This document shows positions 1-12,836 of a stretch of DNA of 64,000 nucleotides, piece after piece. Origin of the DNA: Nemertoderma westbladi (lineage: Eukaryota; Animalia; Xenacoelomorpha). Positions within the stretch are counted from its first letter, which is position 1; every line of letters starts with the position of its first letter. The notes beneath the pieces are model-generated. The model did no database searches, was not told the origin of the DNA, and saw only the letters and a program-made list of their open reading frames with translations. The stretch covers positions 18,236-82,235 of the forward strand of contig JAUCBJ010001966.1 of NCBI GenBank assembly GCA_032718475.1, given 5' to 3'. A program made the translations under genes and the position numbers.

Positions 1-254
1 CGAGAATAGAACACGAAAATTCTATTCGTAATAGACTGGAAAGAGAAAACGTTGAAGAACCGGATAAACGCATCGACTTCAACGACTACCTGGAATTTTG
101 AGAGAAACCTATCTCAATATCGCCAGTCAGCAGAACCTAGAGACTCGATATCCTCAAGGTATACATCATGACCCTATGGTAGAACTCAAACGGCTCTATT
201 TCACTATGATGTATCTTACCGCCGATCGTCCACTACCTGTGATCCCGGATAGTT

Positions 255-1262
255 TTGAACAAATGGAAGAATATTGCAAAACTGGAGAACGATCACCCGC
301 GTTTCCTCTACAGGACGTACGTCTTTGGTATTATTGGGACGAATGCCCTAGACCCAACCAACAAACTGAAAGACACAAACGTCCGCGGTTCCTATTTCCA
401 CGAACAACCGGCGATGGAAATTTATTGCGCATATTGCAGACTCAATAACTTGCATATTTTTGCGGTTTGCCCTCAATTTATGACTCAATGTCACCATTGT
501 CAACTAAAGGGATACGCCAGTTTCGATTGCCCTTTTAATCACGATTTGGAAAGCGTAGATGAAATGATCACACTACGTTACATCAGAGCTTGGGAAGTGA
601 ACACTGATTTACATTGTGATTCGCGCCATCGCTATTATCCTGGACGCGCTTACGAAGGAGTTTATGCATTCCATCCTTATCTATTCGCTTCTGTCGAACA
701 GAAATCACGCATATCGAGTTACGAACTACTGAAGCGCGTCGGAGAATATATTTCAACCAAATTCGTACGCAAATTTCTCAGGAGTGTTAATCCTAGCGAC
801 ATTCATTCCTATAACTTAATCAATTTTATCCGTCAAGATCCGGGCTATGGAGACTTATTTGTTAACTCACACCCCGAGTTACAGGAAGTATATCGACGGC
901 CTTACGAATACCGAGCCCGCGAACGCGAGTTGGAAAGAACCATTAAACCCAGGAAGTTTCTAACTGCCTATGGTCCACCTACGGCTCTCGTTCAGACCAC
1001 TCGTAAAGGACCCGTAAGAGCGGCCGTCCTAAAACGCGCTCTAAAGGCCGTTAGACCCCTCTCCCCCGACGTCGATGTCAATCAACCCGGCACTTCGACC
1101 GGCGGATATATCGACCATAATCCTACACCCTCTGATGCAATCATATTGCACCCTTCACCCAGGAGTTATAGCCCTCCTTGTAAAGTGGCTCGCCCCAAAG
1201 AGAAAAAGACTCTGGCTAGCTTTAAAAAACTGCGTAAACGCCGTCCGCGCAAGAAAGACTAA
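255..1262 (+). CDS. Probable LTR-retrotransposon ORF with two zinc-knuckle-like motifs and a basic C-terminus; likely frameshifted continuation of upstream frames (3-100, 98-448)
   Basis: CAYCRLNNLHIFAVC (CX2CX5HX4C) and CHHCQLKGYASFDC (CX2CX4[Y]X4C); K/R-rich tail; ends 80 bp before a purine tract and putative LTR. Confidence 0.45.
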   Translation: MNKWKNIAKLENDHPRFLYRTYVFGIIGTNALDPTNKLKDTNVRGSYFHEQPAMEIYCAYCRLNNLHIFAVCPQFMTQCHHCQLKGYASFDCPFNHDLESVDEMITLRYIRAWEVNTDLHCDSRHRYYPGRAYEGVYAFHPYLFASVEQKSRISSYELLKRVGEYISTKFVRKFLRSVNPSDIHSYNLINFIRQDPGYGDLFVNSHPELQEVYRRPYEYRARERELERTIKPRKFLTAYGPPTALVQTTRKGPVRAAVLKRALKAVRPLSPDVDVNQPGTSTGGYIDHNPTPSDAIILHPSPRSYSPPCKVARPKEKKTLASFKKLRKRRPRKKD

Positions 1263-1340
1263 CTGTTTAGAGTATTTACGTATATTAGAAACTGTGATTT
1301 TGTATATTTTATAGACTTAAATCCCATTTTCTGGGAGCGG

Positions 1341-2626
1341 TGTAAAAGCTTCTGTGGGATATAACTGGCCCTTTTGCTTTGCAATCCAGTTTCCCCCCAG
1401 GCGCTGGAATACTCTAAAAGGCTCACTAACTCGAATGATACAAGCGACCGGCTGATTGGCTGATTTGCTGTACGAGGGGCTCTTTGCTATGTTCTATCGG
1501 CCAACCAGAGCTATAGCAGCAGAGTATGCAACCAGGACAACCGAGCGGAGTGACTCATTTTGTGTGCTGGCCAAGGGATGCCAAAATCCTGATAGTTCGG
1601 CATTTAGACATTCGTGGAACCTGTGGATTCTGGTGTTCTGCCAATGAGAGCTATTCCTCTCTGTGTAAAAGATACCTGCAACAGGGACAGAGGACAGTGT
1701 GTGTTGTTATTCCTCCTACGCCAGAACATCGGCTTTTGGAATGACTTGTTTCAGACTTTTAGTAAAACATTAGTAGGCTTAGATTATAGAACGTATAACT
1801 GTTATCGACCCAATCAGCATACAGTCTAATCATATTATATCTTAACCTACCGTCTTAATGCTATTTACTGTTGTGTTTATCAGTTGGTTGAATATTATTA
1901 TTTGGAGAACATCTATAAAGAACCCAAATTTCCCAATTTTCTTGATACACTACAGGTTAGAGAGACAGGCTATATATATAACAATTGCGACTTATGTTAT
2001 CGTGGTTTGTAGTGAACCTAATGCTATTTGATAGACACTACATAGGTCAATTGCTGTTCTCTTTATGTGTGATCAAATTCATTGACGGTCGGCAGATTAG
2101 TGTGCAGTATTGTGCGGTACCGGTAGTGTGCATGATTGTGACCGATAACAAAGCATTTCCTAAAGAATGCGCCTTATACGTGAATTATAAGCCTTACCGT
2201 TGCGTGTAGTATAAGTCATAACTCTGTTTACTTAGGTAGAGCGCCACGTCCTAAAGGAACTGTTAATATTTCCCGAAAGTGAATAATATTTGTCAGAAAT
2301 TATTTATTAACGATCAATCGAATAATACAGTAGGCTTCACTGCAATAACAAAAACTAAGCCCCATCCGAACCCAGTCTCCCGGGAATATCCAGCGGGTGA
2401 ATGGACGCGCACTAGGCTGGCTTCGGCTAATGTTGTGTTTATTGGCATTAAATATTTGTCATCTTCTAAAGTCTGAACATAAACCAAAGACATATAAATT
2501 TTGGCAGGTTAAACTGCTAAAGGTCTTCAAAAGCGCGTACAATAATGTCTAAAGAAAATAATTTAATAGTATTCCAGAGGCTTTATTTCAGAACGTAGCC
2601 CGGAGTTGTTAGTGGGGCCTATTACA
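1341..2626 (+). mobile_element. Putative 3' long terminal repeat
   Basis: Starts TGTAAAAG, ends CTATTACA (imperfect inverted TG...CA ends); preceded by purine-rich GGGAGCGG; TATA-like run near 1971; partner LTR not in window. Confidence 0.45.
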
Positions 2627-3927
2627 AGACTCAGTCTGGTACTGGTACACTACCACAATATAATAATTCACAATTGAATCTCCACTTGGCGATGTGGCGT
2701 AATGAAAGCAATGGCAGGTATGGGCTGTGCTGTGTGGAGTTTAATTCTGAGTTACGCAATGGGTTGGGTGGATGGCTACAACACAATATAATGGGGGGGG
2801 GGGGGGGGGGGGGGGGGGGGTGTGCAGGTCCGCAGCTTGTAGGCTTGTACAATGATATACTGTAGTAATAGTCCACAACAAGAGAGGGTATGGGATCACT
2901 GGGGTTATATTGTTGCCTTGTCTTACAGCAAAAGTGAGCAAAAGTGTGGTTTGTCGGCCGGATGGTTAAAAACCTCCATTAATTAAAAATAAATGAGCAT
3001 AATTGAATAAGTATTACTAACCCAATTTGATTTTTAATATTAAAAAAATTATAATTACAATACGTTAAACTGAATTAAAAAATACGTAACTAATGATGTA
3101 CATAACATAGTTTACTTTGAAACAAATTAGGTTTTCAATAAAATTACCTTATCAGAGTATTAAAATTAAATTACGTAAATTTTTAGAAGGTATTTTAGGG
3201 GGTGCGCTGGCGCTTGGATTTATTTATTACTTTATAAAATTATTTCTTATTTATTTCTTTACATTTATTAGTATAATTAGGGACAGGGGCAGGAAGGAAG
3301 CTTGTCGAATTTACACAATTAGTGTATAAGCAAATGCAATGCAACGGCAGCCATCGCGCTGCTACGTCAATGGAGGTATTTGGCCTTGATTCTGATTTAA
3401 GGAACATTGAAACAATTTCTAATATAACAATAAATTAAAAATATTCCAAAGGCTGTTTTTCTGAACTAGTTGTTGGTGTAATAATAGGCCCTGCCCTACA
3501 AGAACAAAACTCAGTCTGGGACACTACCACAACACCGCCTTGTAAATCCAATCGCTGCCCATCCACAAAGTCAAGCAAGCTCCATCCACCGCCCTGTCAA
3601 TCACATCGCGGCTTGGCCATTAACAAAAGCCAGTTCTCGGCGGGAATCTGAGTTCAAAGGTATGCCGCAGAAGAGCGATGTAAACTGTTACCTTGAAATC
3701 ATTTCAATGTCATTTCAATATGAGACAGAAAGTCTGGAATTTCGGTCCATCGATTTCAAGGTCATTTCAATATGCCATCAATGTCATTTCAATGTCAATG
3801 CTACTTTCAATGATATTCTATGGACACATTTTGATCAAACTTTGATCAATGTTTGATCAAAGTTTGATCAATGTTTGATCAAAGGCATGCTTTTTGAGAG
3901 CGGGACTGTACAAGAGTTGAGATATCC

Positions 3928-4970
3928 TTGTACTCTATGAATTACATATCTAGAGATCTTGGCGTGGAAGTGATGAGAAGTGCATTAGAAAACATACAGC
4001 CATATGAGGGATTATTTGTACAGCAAAATGGGAGGAATCACTGGCGAGCTCTAGCAAAAGAGGTGACAAGGTGTTGTGTCATCGCCTCTAAGACCACAGG
4101 AACAATATATGTAGCTTGGTATGCTCATGATATGAACATATATGAAAACGACATGAAAATGAACAAAAGGAATATGTTTTGCATCTATTGAAGCACACTC
4201 CCATACAAAAAATTTGTGAGTTGGATTCTGTGAAACCTTTAGAAGCAACAGTGCTTGGATTTCGACAAGCAACTGGACCATACCAAAGATACGAAATTTT
4301 GCTTTCGATTGGTGGTGAAATTTCCAAGATATATTCTAACCGAGGCTTGGAGTGTGTTTTAGATGAATTGAGAGATGCTTTTCACAGAGCACAAGAACCA
4401 AAAACAAGATAAATTTATTTTTTGGTTGATGGAGAGGAGCTGGAAATTGAAATTCAAGCACCCAAAGAGTTCAATAATGAGCAGCAGCAGATAATTATTT
4501 GGTATCCAATTAAATTATTGAGAAGCCCAATTGAAGGTAAACAACAAAATATGCAAGATAGATTGAAGAAAGTCGAAAATGAATATGAGAAGGCCAAGTC
4601 CATGTGTTTGGTTGAATATCCTGCAAAAAAGAAGAGCAGTGTGAGAAAAGTGCTTGAATTAGAAGAAGGTGAATATCAATGTATAGCATACTGGAACCAG
4701 AGCTATAGAGGAAAAGTGCGTCATATATTATATTTGCAGAATGAAGCTGGTGAATCTGCCAGACCAGTATATGGCTATTTCTTGCAGAGAGAAGTTGAGG
4801 CAATGCAGTGTGATTTGTCTACAGTGCTGTCTCCACTGCTAATTAAAGTTGGAAGAACAAAAACAACACCACAAAAGAATAAAGATAGAATTGTCACTGT
4901 AGCACACAATAAGACAACTAATACTTTCGAGTGGAATGAGGCAAGTAATTTCTATTCAATGAGAATATAA
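3928..4970 (+). pseudogene. Disrupted intronless ORF of unknown, probably mobile-element/viral origin
   Basis: ORFs 4179-4412 and 4422-4970 are in the same frame separated by one TAA; 3928-4191 overlaps in another frame; protein-like composition. Confidence 0.5.
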
Positions 4971-5210
4971 ATTACTATGGTTCTGAATCTATCCTCATAC
5001 TGCAAATTTAAAAAAAGCAATCAAAAATAATCAAACTCATATAAAAAACAAACATATTAAAATCAAAAACAATCATACTACAATCAAAATCAAAACATAT
5101 ATTCAATTTCTATTCTACAGTTTTCAATAAAAAACAAACATATTACAATACAATAGAAAACAATTTTCTATTGTTTCAATGTGTATAATATTATAACAAA
5201 CAATTTTGTT

Positions 5211-5645
5211 GGTCCCATCCTAAACATTTATGGGCCCTTATTATTATCCTAGTTTGTTTGTTTGTTTGTGCGTTCTCTCTAGGCCAAACGCCTGGACCGA
5301 TTTTAATGAAACTTTAACACAACTATACTACCATGACCTAGTTGTGTCTCCTCTAAGTTGGTTGCCATGGATACCATATTTCCAAAATGGTTTAACAAAA
5401 TTGTTTTTTTTAGGTTTTTTAGGGTTTTTGGCAGTACATTTCGGTCGTTTTCGGCGGTTTTTCGGCTGTAAAAAATTTTCTATTTCGAATTTCGAAATTC
5501 CGGGACTGTGACCCTCTTCAGAAATGCCATCACTACATTGTGTAAAAAAATCTAAGCGATTCGATTATTTTTGAGAGAGGAGTTACACTTTTAGTGTCCA
5601 AAATGCGGAGTGGATGGGACCCCAGGAGACCGCCAGGCTTGTTTC
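5211..5645 (+). mobile_element. Non-autonomous Helentron/DINE-1-like element (HINE)
   Basis: Subterminal inverted repeat GGTCCCATCC (5211) / GGATGGGACC (5612); (GTTT)n microsatellite near 5' end; ACCGATTTTAATGAAACT core typical of such repeats. Confidence 0.6.
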
Positions 5646-5662
5646 TATTGTCAGTTTTATAT

Positions 5663-6620
5663 TGTGGGGCGAGCCACGAAGTTGGCGGAGCCTTAGCGAA
5701 TTGACACTGTTAGGGGGTGGGTCAATTTATGCAAATAGTTGTCGTCGTCGTTGTCGTCGTCGTCGTTGTCGTCGTCGTCGTCGTTGTCGTCGTCGTTACG
5801 ATTTTGACATGCTAATAACTTTGTCGGATTTAAAGCTGCCAAGTTGAAATTTTGTAGGTATCAATATGAGCAAAAGTTGAGATTTTTGAGAGACTTTCAG
5901 ACACCATCAGTGCAATGGTCTCCCGCTAGAGGGCCACATGTCTAAACATTAAATGCCCTCCCATTTCTTTGCTTTTAATCCGTTTAAGCTGAAACTTGGC
6001 AGATATGTATTAGACCATTAGCTGTGACTTTCAAAGGAGGCGAATCCATCTGCAGTTCTCCAGTCTGCCGCTAGAGGGCCAAAGGTCTGAAAGTGAAATC
6101 GTTGTCGTCGTTACGATTTTGACATGCTAATAACTTTGTCGGATTTAAAGCTGCCAAGTTGAAAATTTGTAGGTATCAATATGAGCTAAAGTTGAGACGT
6201 TTGAGACACTTTCAGACACCATCAGAGCAATAGTCTCCTGCTAGAGGGCCACATGTCTAAACGTTAAATGTCCTCCCATTTCTTTGCTTTTAATCCATTT
6301 ATGCTGAAATTTGGCAGATATGTACTAGACCATTAGCTGTGACTTTGAAAGAAGGAATTGAATTGAATTGAATTGAAGGCTAATCCGTGTGCAGTTCTTC
6401 AGTCTGCCGCTAGAGGGCGAAATGTTTGAAAGTGAAATCTTTCTCCCATCTCGTTATTTATGATCCGTTCAAGCTGAAACGTAGCAGATATGTAGTAGAA
6501 GTCGGCCTGAGTCTTTGGTGGGCAGTAAACGGTCTGGAGTCCTCCAGTCTGCCGCTAGAGGGCGAAATGTATAACTAAGTATAATTAAGTCACGTGCTGC
6601 GCGAAGGCCCCACTTCGTGT
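5663..6620 (+). mobile_element. Non-autonomous Helentron-like element, copy 1
   Basis: GTGGGGC...GCCCCAC subterminal IR, 5' hairpin, (GTC)n microsatellite, ~315-bp internal tandem units; near-identical copy at 37674-38942. Confidence 0.75.
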
Positions 6621-6717
6621 TTCAATGTGTGTATATAATATAACAAACAATTTTGTTTTGTAAATTTTATCAAATATTCCTAAAATATGCTCGTCCAAGT
6701 TATCAACACATTTCAGT

Positions 6718-6925
6718 TCATTCACCAAAATGAAAAATGTGCCACTCCTGTGTGCACTCGCCACAGAGGGCCGGTTGACCGCTGCAATCAGGACAAAAGA
6801 GATTACTTTTCACTTGCGCATTATTGTTGCGGGCACAATTTCTGCAACGATTTCGTTGACCTTCCTTTTGGTATTTGCAGAGAATGTGAGGAAAAGGACT
6901 TCTTTGAGTGGGCCGCTTTTTTGGT
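6718..6925 (-). pseudogene. piggyBac transposase C-terminal cysteine-rich domain fragment
   Basis: RNRCRNC...KSNLFCPDCSGQPALCGECTQEWH resembles the piggyBac C-terminal zinc-binding domain. Confidence 0.6.
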
Positions 6926-6929
6926 CTGG

Positions 6930-7154
6930 ACTTGGACTCAGGCTGGACTTGGAGCACACCTGGACTCGGATTGGACTTGGAAGTACTCTGAGCAATGTCC
7001 TGTAGCTTGGACTCAGGCTGGACTTGGAGCACACCTGGATTCGGATTGGACTTGGAAGTATTCTGAGCAACGTCCTGTAGCTTGGACTCAGGCTGGACTT
7101 GGAGCACACCTGGACTCGGATTGGACTTGGAAGTACTCTGAGCAACGTCCTGTA
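6930..7154. repeat. 75-bp tandem repeat, 3 copies
   Basis: CTTGGACTCAGGCTGGACTTGGAGCACACC...CGTCCTGTAG repeated three times. Confidence 0.9.
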
Positions 7155-7359
7155 GAGAAAATAATGTATTAAATATAATATAAAAAAATTAAATATTTAT
7201 GACTAAATTCTGCTCATTATTAGTGAAGACTACATGCTCTAAAATTTTTCTTTCCAAAATGCCACCACATGACAATTTTGTCCACACCATAGATCAGAAT
7301 GCAATACAATTTGGATCCTTATAGAAAATTCTTTGGGGAACCCATTTCTGTTGTTTATG

Positions 7360-9710
7360 CAATATTGTTCCAAAATGGAACAGTATGCACCTATTGTTCC
7401 AAATACACTACATTGTTTAATATTGTTAATATTTAACAACATTAAAGTATTTTTCCATATATGGAACAACATTCTATATATGGAACAATGTTCCATATTG
7501 TTCCATATTTGGAACAATATTGTTAATATTCAACAATATTAAAGTATTGTTCCATATATGGAACAATTTAATCATTTGTTCCATATTTGGAACAATATTG
7601 TTAATATTCAACAATATTAGTATTGTTCCATATATGGAACAGGAACAATATTGTTAATATTCAACAATATTAGTATTGTTCCATCCATATATGGAACAGG
7701 TTAATCATTTGTTCCATATTTGGAACAATATTGTTAATATTCAACAATATTAAAGTATTGTTCTATATATGGAACAAGTTAATCATTTGTTCCATATTTG
7801 GAACAATATTGTTAATATTCATCAATATTAAAGTATTGTTCCATATATGGAACAAGTTAATCATTTGTTCCATATTTGGAACAAAATTGTTAATATTCAT
7901 CAATAGTAAAGTATTGTTCCATATCTGGAACAAGTTAATTATTTGTTCCATATTTGGAACAAAATTGTTAATATTCAATAATATTAAAGTAATATTCCCT
8001 TTATGGAACAAGTTAATTATTTGTTCAATATTTGGAACAATATTGTTAATATTCAACAATATTAAAGTATCGTTCCATATATGGAACAAGTTAATCATTT
8101 GTTCCATATTTGGAACAATATTGTTAATATTCAGCAATATTAAAGTATTGTTCCATATATGGAACAGGTTAATCATTTGTTCTTTTTATGGAACAATATT
8201 GTTAATATTCAGCAATATTAAAGTAATATTCCATATATGGAACAAGTTAATTATTTGTTCCATATTTGGAACAATATTGTTAATATTCAATAATATTAAA
8301 GTAATATTCCATATATGGAACAAGTTAATTATTTGTTCCATATTTGGAACAATATTGTTAATATTCAACAATATTAAAGTATCGTTCCATATATGGAACA
8401 AGTTAATCATTTGTTCCATATTTGGAACAATATTGTTAATATTCAGCAATATTAAAGTATTGTTCCATATATGGAACAGGTTAATCATTTGTTCTTTTTA
8501 TGGAACAATATTGTTAATATTCAGCAATATTAAAGTAATATTCCATATATGGAACAGGTTAATTATTTGTTCCATATTTGGAACAATATTGTTAATATTC
8601 AACAATATTAAAGTATTGTTCCATATATGGAACAGGTTAATTATTTGTTCCATATTTGGAACAATATTGTTAATATTCAAAAATATTAAAGTAATATTCC
8701 ATATATGGAACAGGTTAATCATTTGTTCCATATTTGGAACAATATTGTTAATATTCAACAATATTAAAGTATTGTTCCATATATGGAACAGGTTAATCAT
8801 TTATTACATATTTGGAACAATATTGTTAATATTCAACAATATTAAAGTATTGTTCCATATATGGAACAAGTTAATCATTTGTTCCATATTTGGAACAAAA
8901 TTGTTAATATTCATCAATATTAAGTATTGTTCCATATCTGGAACAAGTTAATTATTTGTTCCATATTTGGAACAATATTGTTAATATTCAAAAATATTAA
9001 AGTAATATTCCATATATGGAACAAGTTAATTATTTGTTCCATATTTGGAACAATATTGTTAATATTCAACAATATTAAAGTATCGTTCCATATATGGAAC
9101 AAGTTAATCATTTGTTCCATATTTGGAACAATATTGTTAATATTCAACAATATTAAAATATTGTTCCATATATGGAACAAGTTAATTATTTGTTCCATAT
9201 TTGGAACAATATTGTTAATATTCAACAATATTAAAGTATTGTTCCATATATGGAACAGGTTAATCATTTGTTCCATATTTGGAACAATATTGTTAATATT
9301 CAACAATATTAAAGTATTGTTCCAGATATGGAACAAGTTAATCATTTGTTCCATGTTTGGAACAATATTGTTAATATTCAACAATATCAAAGTATTGTTC
9401 CATATATGGAATAACGTTCCATATATGGAACAAGTAAATCATTTGTTCCATATTTGGAACAATATTCTCTTGGAACAAAGTTCTCTTTGGCAGTCAGATG
9501 TTACAGAGTGTTGCAGAACATTATGATTTTTGCTGGAATTGTTTTGTTCTGGAACATTCCAGCACCAATGCTGATAATTGCTTAAATTGGTGTGTACATG
9601 TTCTGGAATGTTCTGAACGCCACAGTTCTAAATATGGAACATTTCATATATGGAATAAATTGGAACCATATTCGTCCACATTAAAGTATTGTTCCAAATA
9701 TGGAACATGG
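7360..9710. repeat. 78-bp AT-rich satellite built from palindromic TGTTCCATATATGGAACA sub-units
   Basis: Roughly 24 regular units over about 7500-9460, degenerate at both edges; the 26-aa periodic ORFs are by-products. Confidence 0.95.
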
Positions 9711-11999
9711 CCTGGGACGGGACACCCACTATGCATATCACTATCGCATTGGTTCTCCAAACAGTATCATCTTCCATCTTTTAGCTTCAATATTACCACA
9801 ATATTAATTATTGAAAGTCATGGATCAACCCATTTTTTTTTCAATACGCAGAGCCAAGAGTATTGTTTTGGTAGCCTATCACTGCCATTATGGTGAGGCT
9901 GAAAACTTGGTGATATGTAGAGCTGTTTACCTTTTCCAGTAGCTTTTGCACATCCTCATGCATGTCGTTCATTTTTTCACCTAGATTCTTGATTTCATTC
10001 ATCATTGGTTTGTGTTGCTTGATCATCTCATTTACTATTTCCTCTAATACAGTCGTCAGTTCTGAAAAATAGGTAAAGAAATTCAGTTTATTGATTTACA
10101 GTGGAATAACACACTTTTATTAAATTTTGAACAAACAAACAACATTTTTTGTACAATTAATAATTGTCAAATAATTTGGAAGGTGCGGAATTGGATCCAT
10201 TTATTACTCAAGTAGGCTGAGCAGAATTGGCCATTCCCTACATAGTGGCAGTGATGTATTATGGTCTGGTTAGCTAGTAATTATTTGGTATATAACTAAA
10301 ATTTGTTTTTAAATTTTGGCAGTGTTTCATTTGGGTCCTTGGTTAGGGTCAGTTGACGGTGTCCTACTGTCTGTGTTTCGTGTTGGTCCTTGGTTAGGGT
10401 CAGTTGTCAAGTCTCTGATAATAAAAATGGGTCTAACTTCGCACCTGCCTCCAAATAATGTAGAGTAAAAAAATCTAAAATACAACCTGCAATTACAAAA
10501 ATTCAATAGAGTCATTCATCTACAATTGATTTACTCAAATATGAGTATGGAATTGTAAAATATAGTGCATCACGTGAAAATCGCATAAAAAATATGCATA
10601 TTATTAGCGTATTGTAAGGCAAGGGAAGGGACTCAAGTTTTGTGTGCATCGGAAAAAATGTATGCTAAATACCAGTCTAATTGTTTGAATAAATTGCTTT
10701 TAATGCTCACACAATTCGTGATTTTTTATATTCCTGGCGCCTGGCGGGTAGCAAAATTATTTTTACATTGCCTTTCAAATTATATGCATATTTCTTAAAT
10801 CTGTGAGTAGATTGTATAAAATATATGTATTATACTTAGATACCGTTTATTCTGAGAAATAAATGACAAGAATGAATTTATCATGTTTGGGTTTCCAAAA
10901 TGTTCGTGTGATAAAAGTATCATTTGTTCACAGTGTAGTCGGACAAAAATAGTGTTGCGAATAAAGCTTCTAAGATTGGACGGCACCCTCATGTGATTAT
11001 GTAAGTAAAGATCTTTGGGCGCTTTTTCGGTAACTGGGGTTGTCTGTTGAAAATGTTAAGGCTCGTTTTTACCTAATTTCCAGTGAAATTTATTTGAACA
11101 ATCGTGTAATAAAGCGTTTGTGAAGCAAATATAGCTAGTCAAATTTAGCTAGTAACTACCTACTAAATAAAAATATGAGTATGATGGTCGCAATTACAAG
11201 AAATTGACCACCCTAGTAAACGAAAAAGCTACTATACTGAGATTTTTCTTTTACTGGGTTTTACTGTTTAGAAAATTTAGCTAGTCAAGTAACTGGCTAG
11301 TAAATAAAAAAAATGAAATAAACCTCCCCAGAAAATGAAAAGGCTGCAGTTTTTGAGACACCAGGAAACAACACCTCCGCCAACCCACCATGCCATTGGA
11401 AGCATTTGTCACATACTTCCAGCCCACCATCCTGCACCTCCAACCAAACACCCCAAACTGTCAACCAAACATCCCACACCTCAAACCCACCACCCCACAC
11501 CTGAAACCCGCCCTATTCCCCCAACCCACCACACCCCACGCATCCAACCAATATATATTAATTACTAGCTACCACAAAAATTACTAGAGCCTACTGTACA
11601 TATATTATATAGGTCTACTGTACATATATTATATAGGTCTTTACAATGGCAAATAAAACACATTTTAAAAGTCAATTTGGAAATCAATTAAGATTATATA
11701 CGCTAAAAACAGATAAAACACATATTTATACAGGACAGGTACATTATTTAAAAATATTCAATAGAAAGTATAATAAACACACAATTAGGGCAAAAATATA
11801 ACTAAAAACGGATCTTTAAATAAAAAATTAAAAATATGTACACGTCACAAACAACAGTAACAAACAATAGTTACAGTGGATACAAAATAAAATAAACAAA
11901 AAAACATAAAAAACCATAGCAATGCATAGTTAGTTATAGATACAGAAGTTAAATTAATATAAGTAGCGTTGGGGGGTGAAATATGCAATGGCTACCTGT

Positions 12000-12400
12000 C
12001 TGACTGGTGTATCACTGAAAATATGCCCATTATGGTGGGGGGCGTTCGTCATCGCTGGATTGTTGAACATCATAATTCATCGTTGATAGTAGGGGGCGTA
12101 GCGAGTGTTGGATGGTGATCGGACATTACGCGGTCCCGTTTGTTTCGCATAATTAACACTAGGTTGGGAATGTGACAACGATGATGTTGAGGCATCTTTG
12201 CAGCGTCGGCACAGGCGTCCGGGGCGATCTCGTTTCGTGGGTTCCGCATATAATACATTCGCCCATAATAATTATCCAAACAAATTAAAAATGTATCAAA
12301 AGTGTTGTTAAATTCGAAATACCGAAGACCAAATCATCCATTAACAGAACCGCAGTTAGTGCAGCAGTACAATAGAAATAGGCGCCAAGCAGTCTTCACA
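12000..12400 (-). pseudogene. 5' remnant of a LINE ORF1 related to the element at 36046-42860
   Basis: ATG at 12266 gives MGECIICGT then (frameshift) KRDRPGRLCRRCKDASTSS, parallel to MGFCKVCKASFQQHLRAGGLCNHCCGAGSSS of ORF 41752-42594. Confidence 0.5.
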
Positions 12401-12836
12401 TTACACAACTGATCTAGTTACTGCTGATTTTACATTAACAGATTAATAACCTTTTTCCTAGAAATAATATGAGGAAAATGATCAATATATAACAGCAAGA
12501 CACATCATCCCATCGCCTAATTACCCAACATAAATCTAATTATATTACCTAACATAAATATGTTAACCCATACGGAGTATGTTCTTCCTGAGTAAAATCT
12601 ATACTCATGCACAGTGCACACATCCGATCATCACCATTAGCATGCATTGCCCTCATAATATGTGGAATAACAACCAGTAGTTAGTTAGCAGTGCAGTAGA
12701 GCGATATAAACAATGCACTGAGAAGCATAAACGTGTATTATACCAATTAAAACAAATTCTATGTTTGCATTTGTGGATTTATTTAGATAATTAGACAACT
12801 AGATAATATATATTGCTAGGGTCTGCTGTATCTAAA

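Noticed and set aside
2793-2821. Long G/C homopolymers (also 54742, 56336, 62222) as G-quadruplex elements
   Set aside because: Mostly TE termini or simple runs with unreliable length; no further support
5614-5847. Protamine-like Arg/Cys-rich ORF (also 37673-37855)
   Set aside because: Translation of the (GTC)n microsatellite in a repeated element
7731-9526. 406-aa and 199-aa repetitive ORFs and antisense equivalents
   Set aside because: Translations of a 78-bp satellite; no unique domain or credible start
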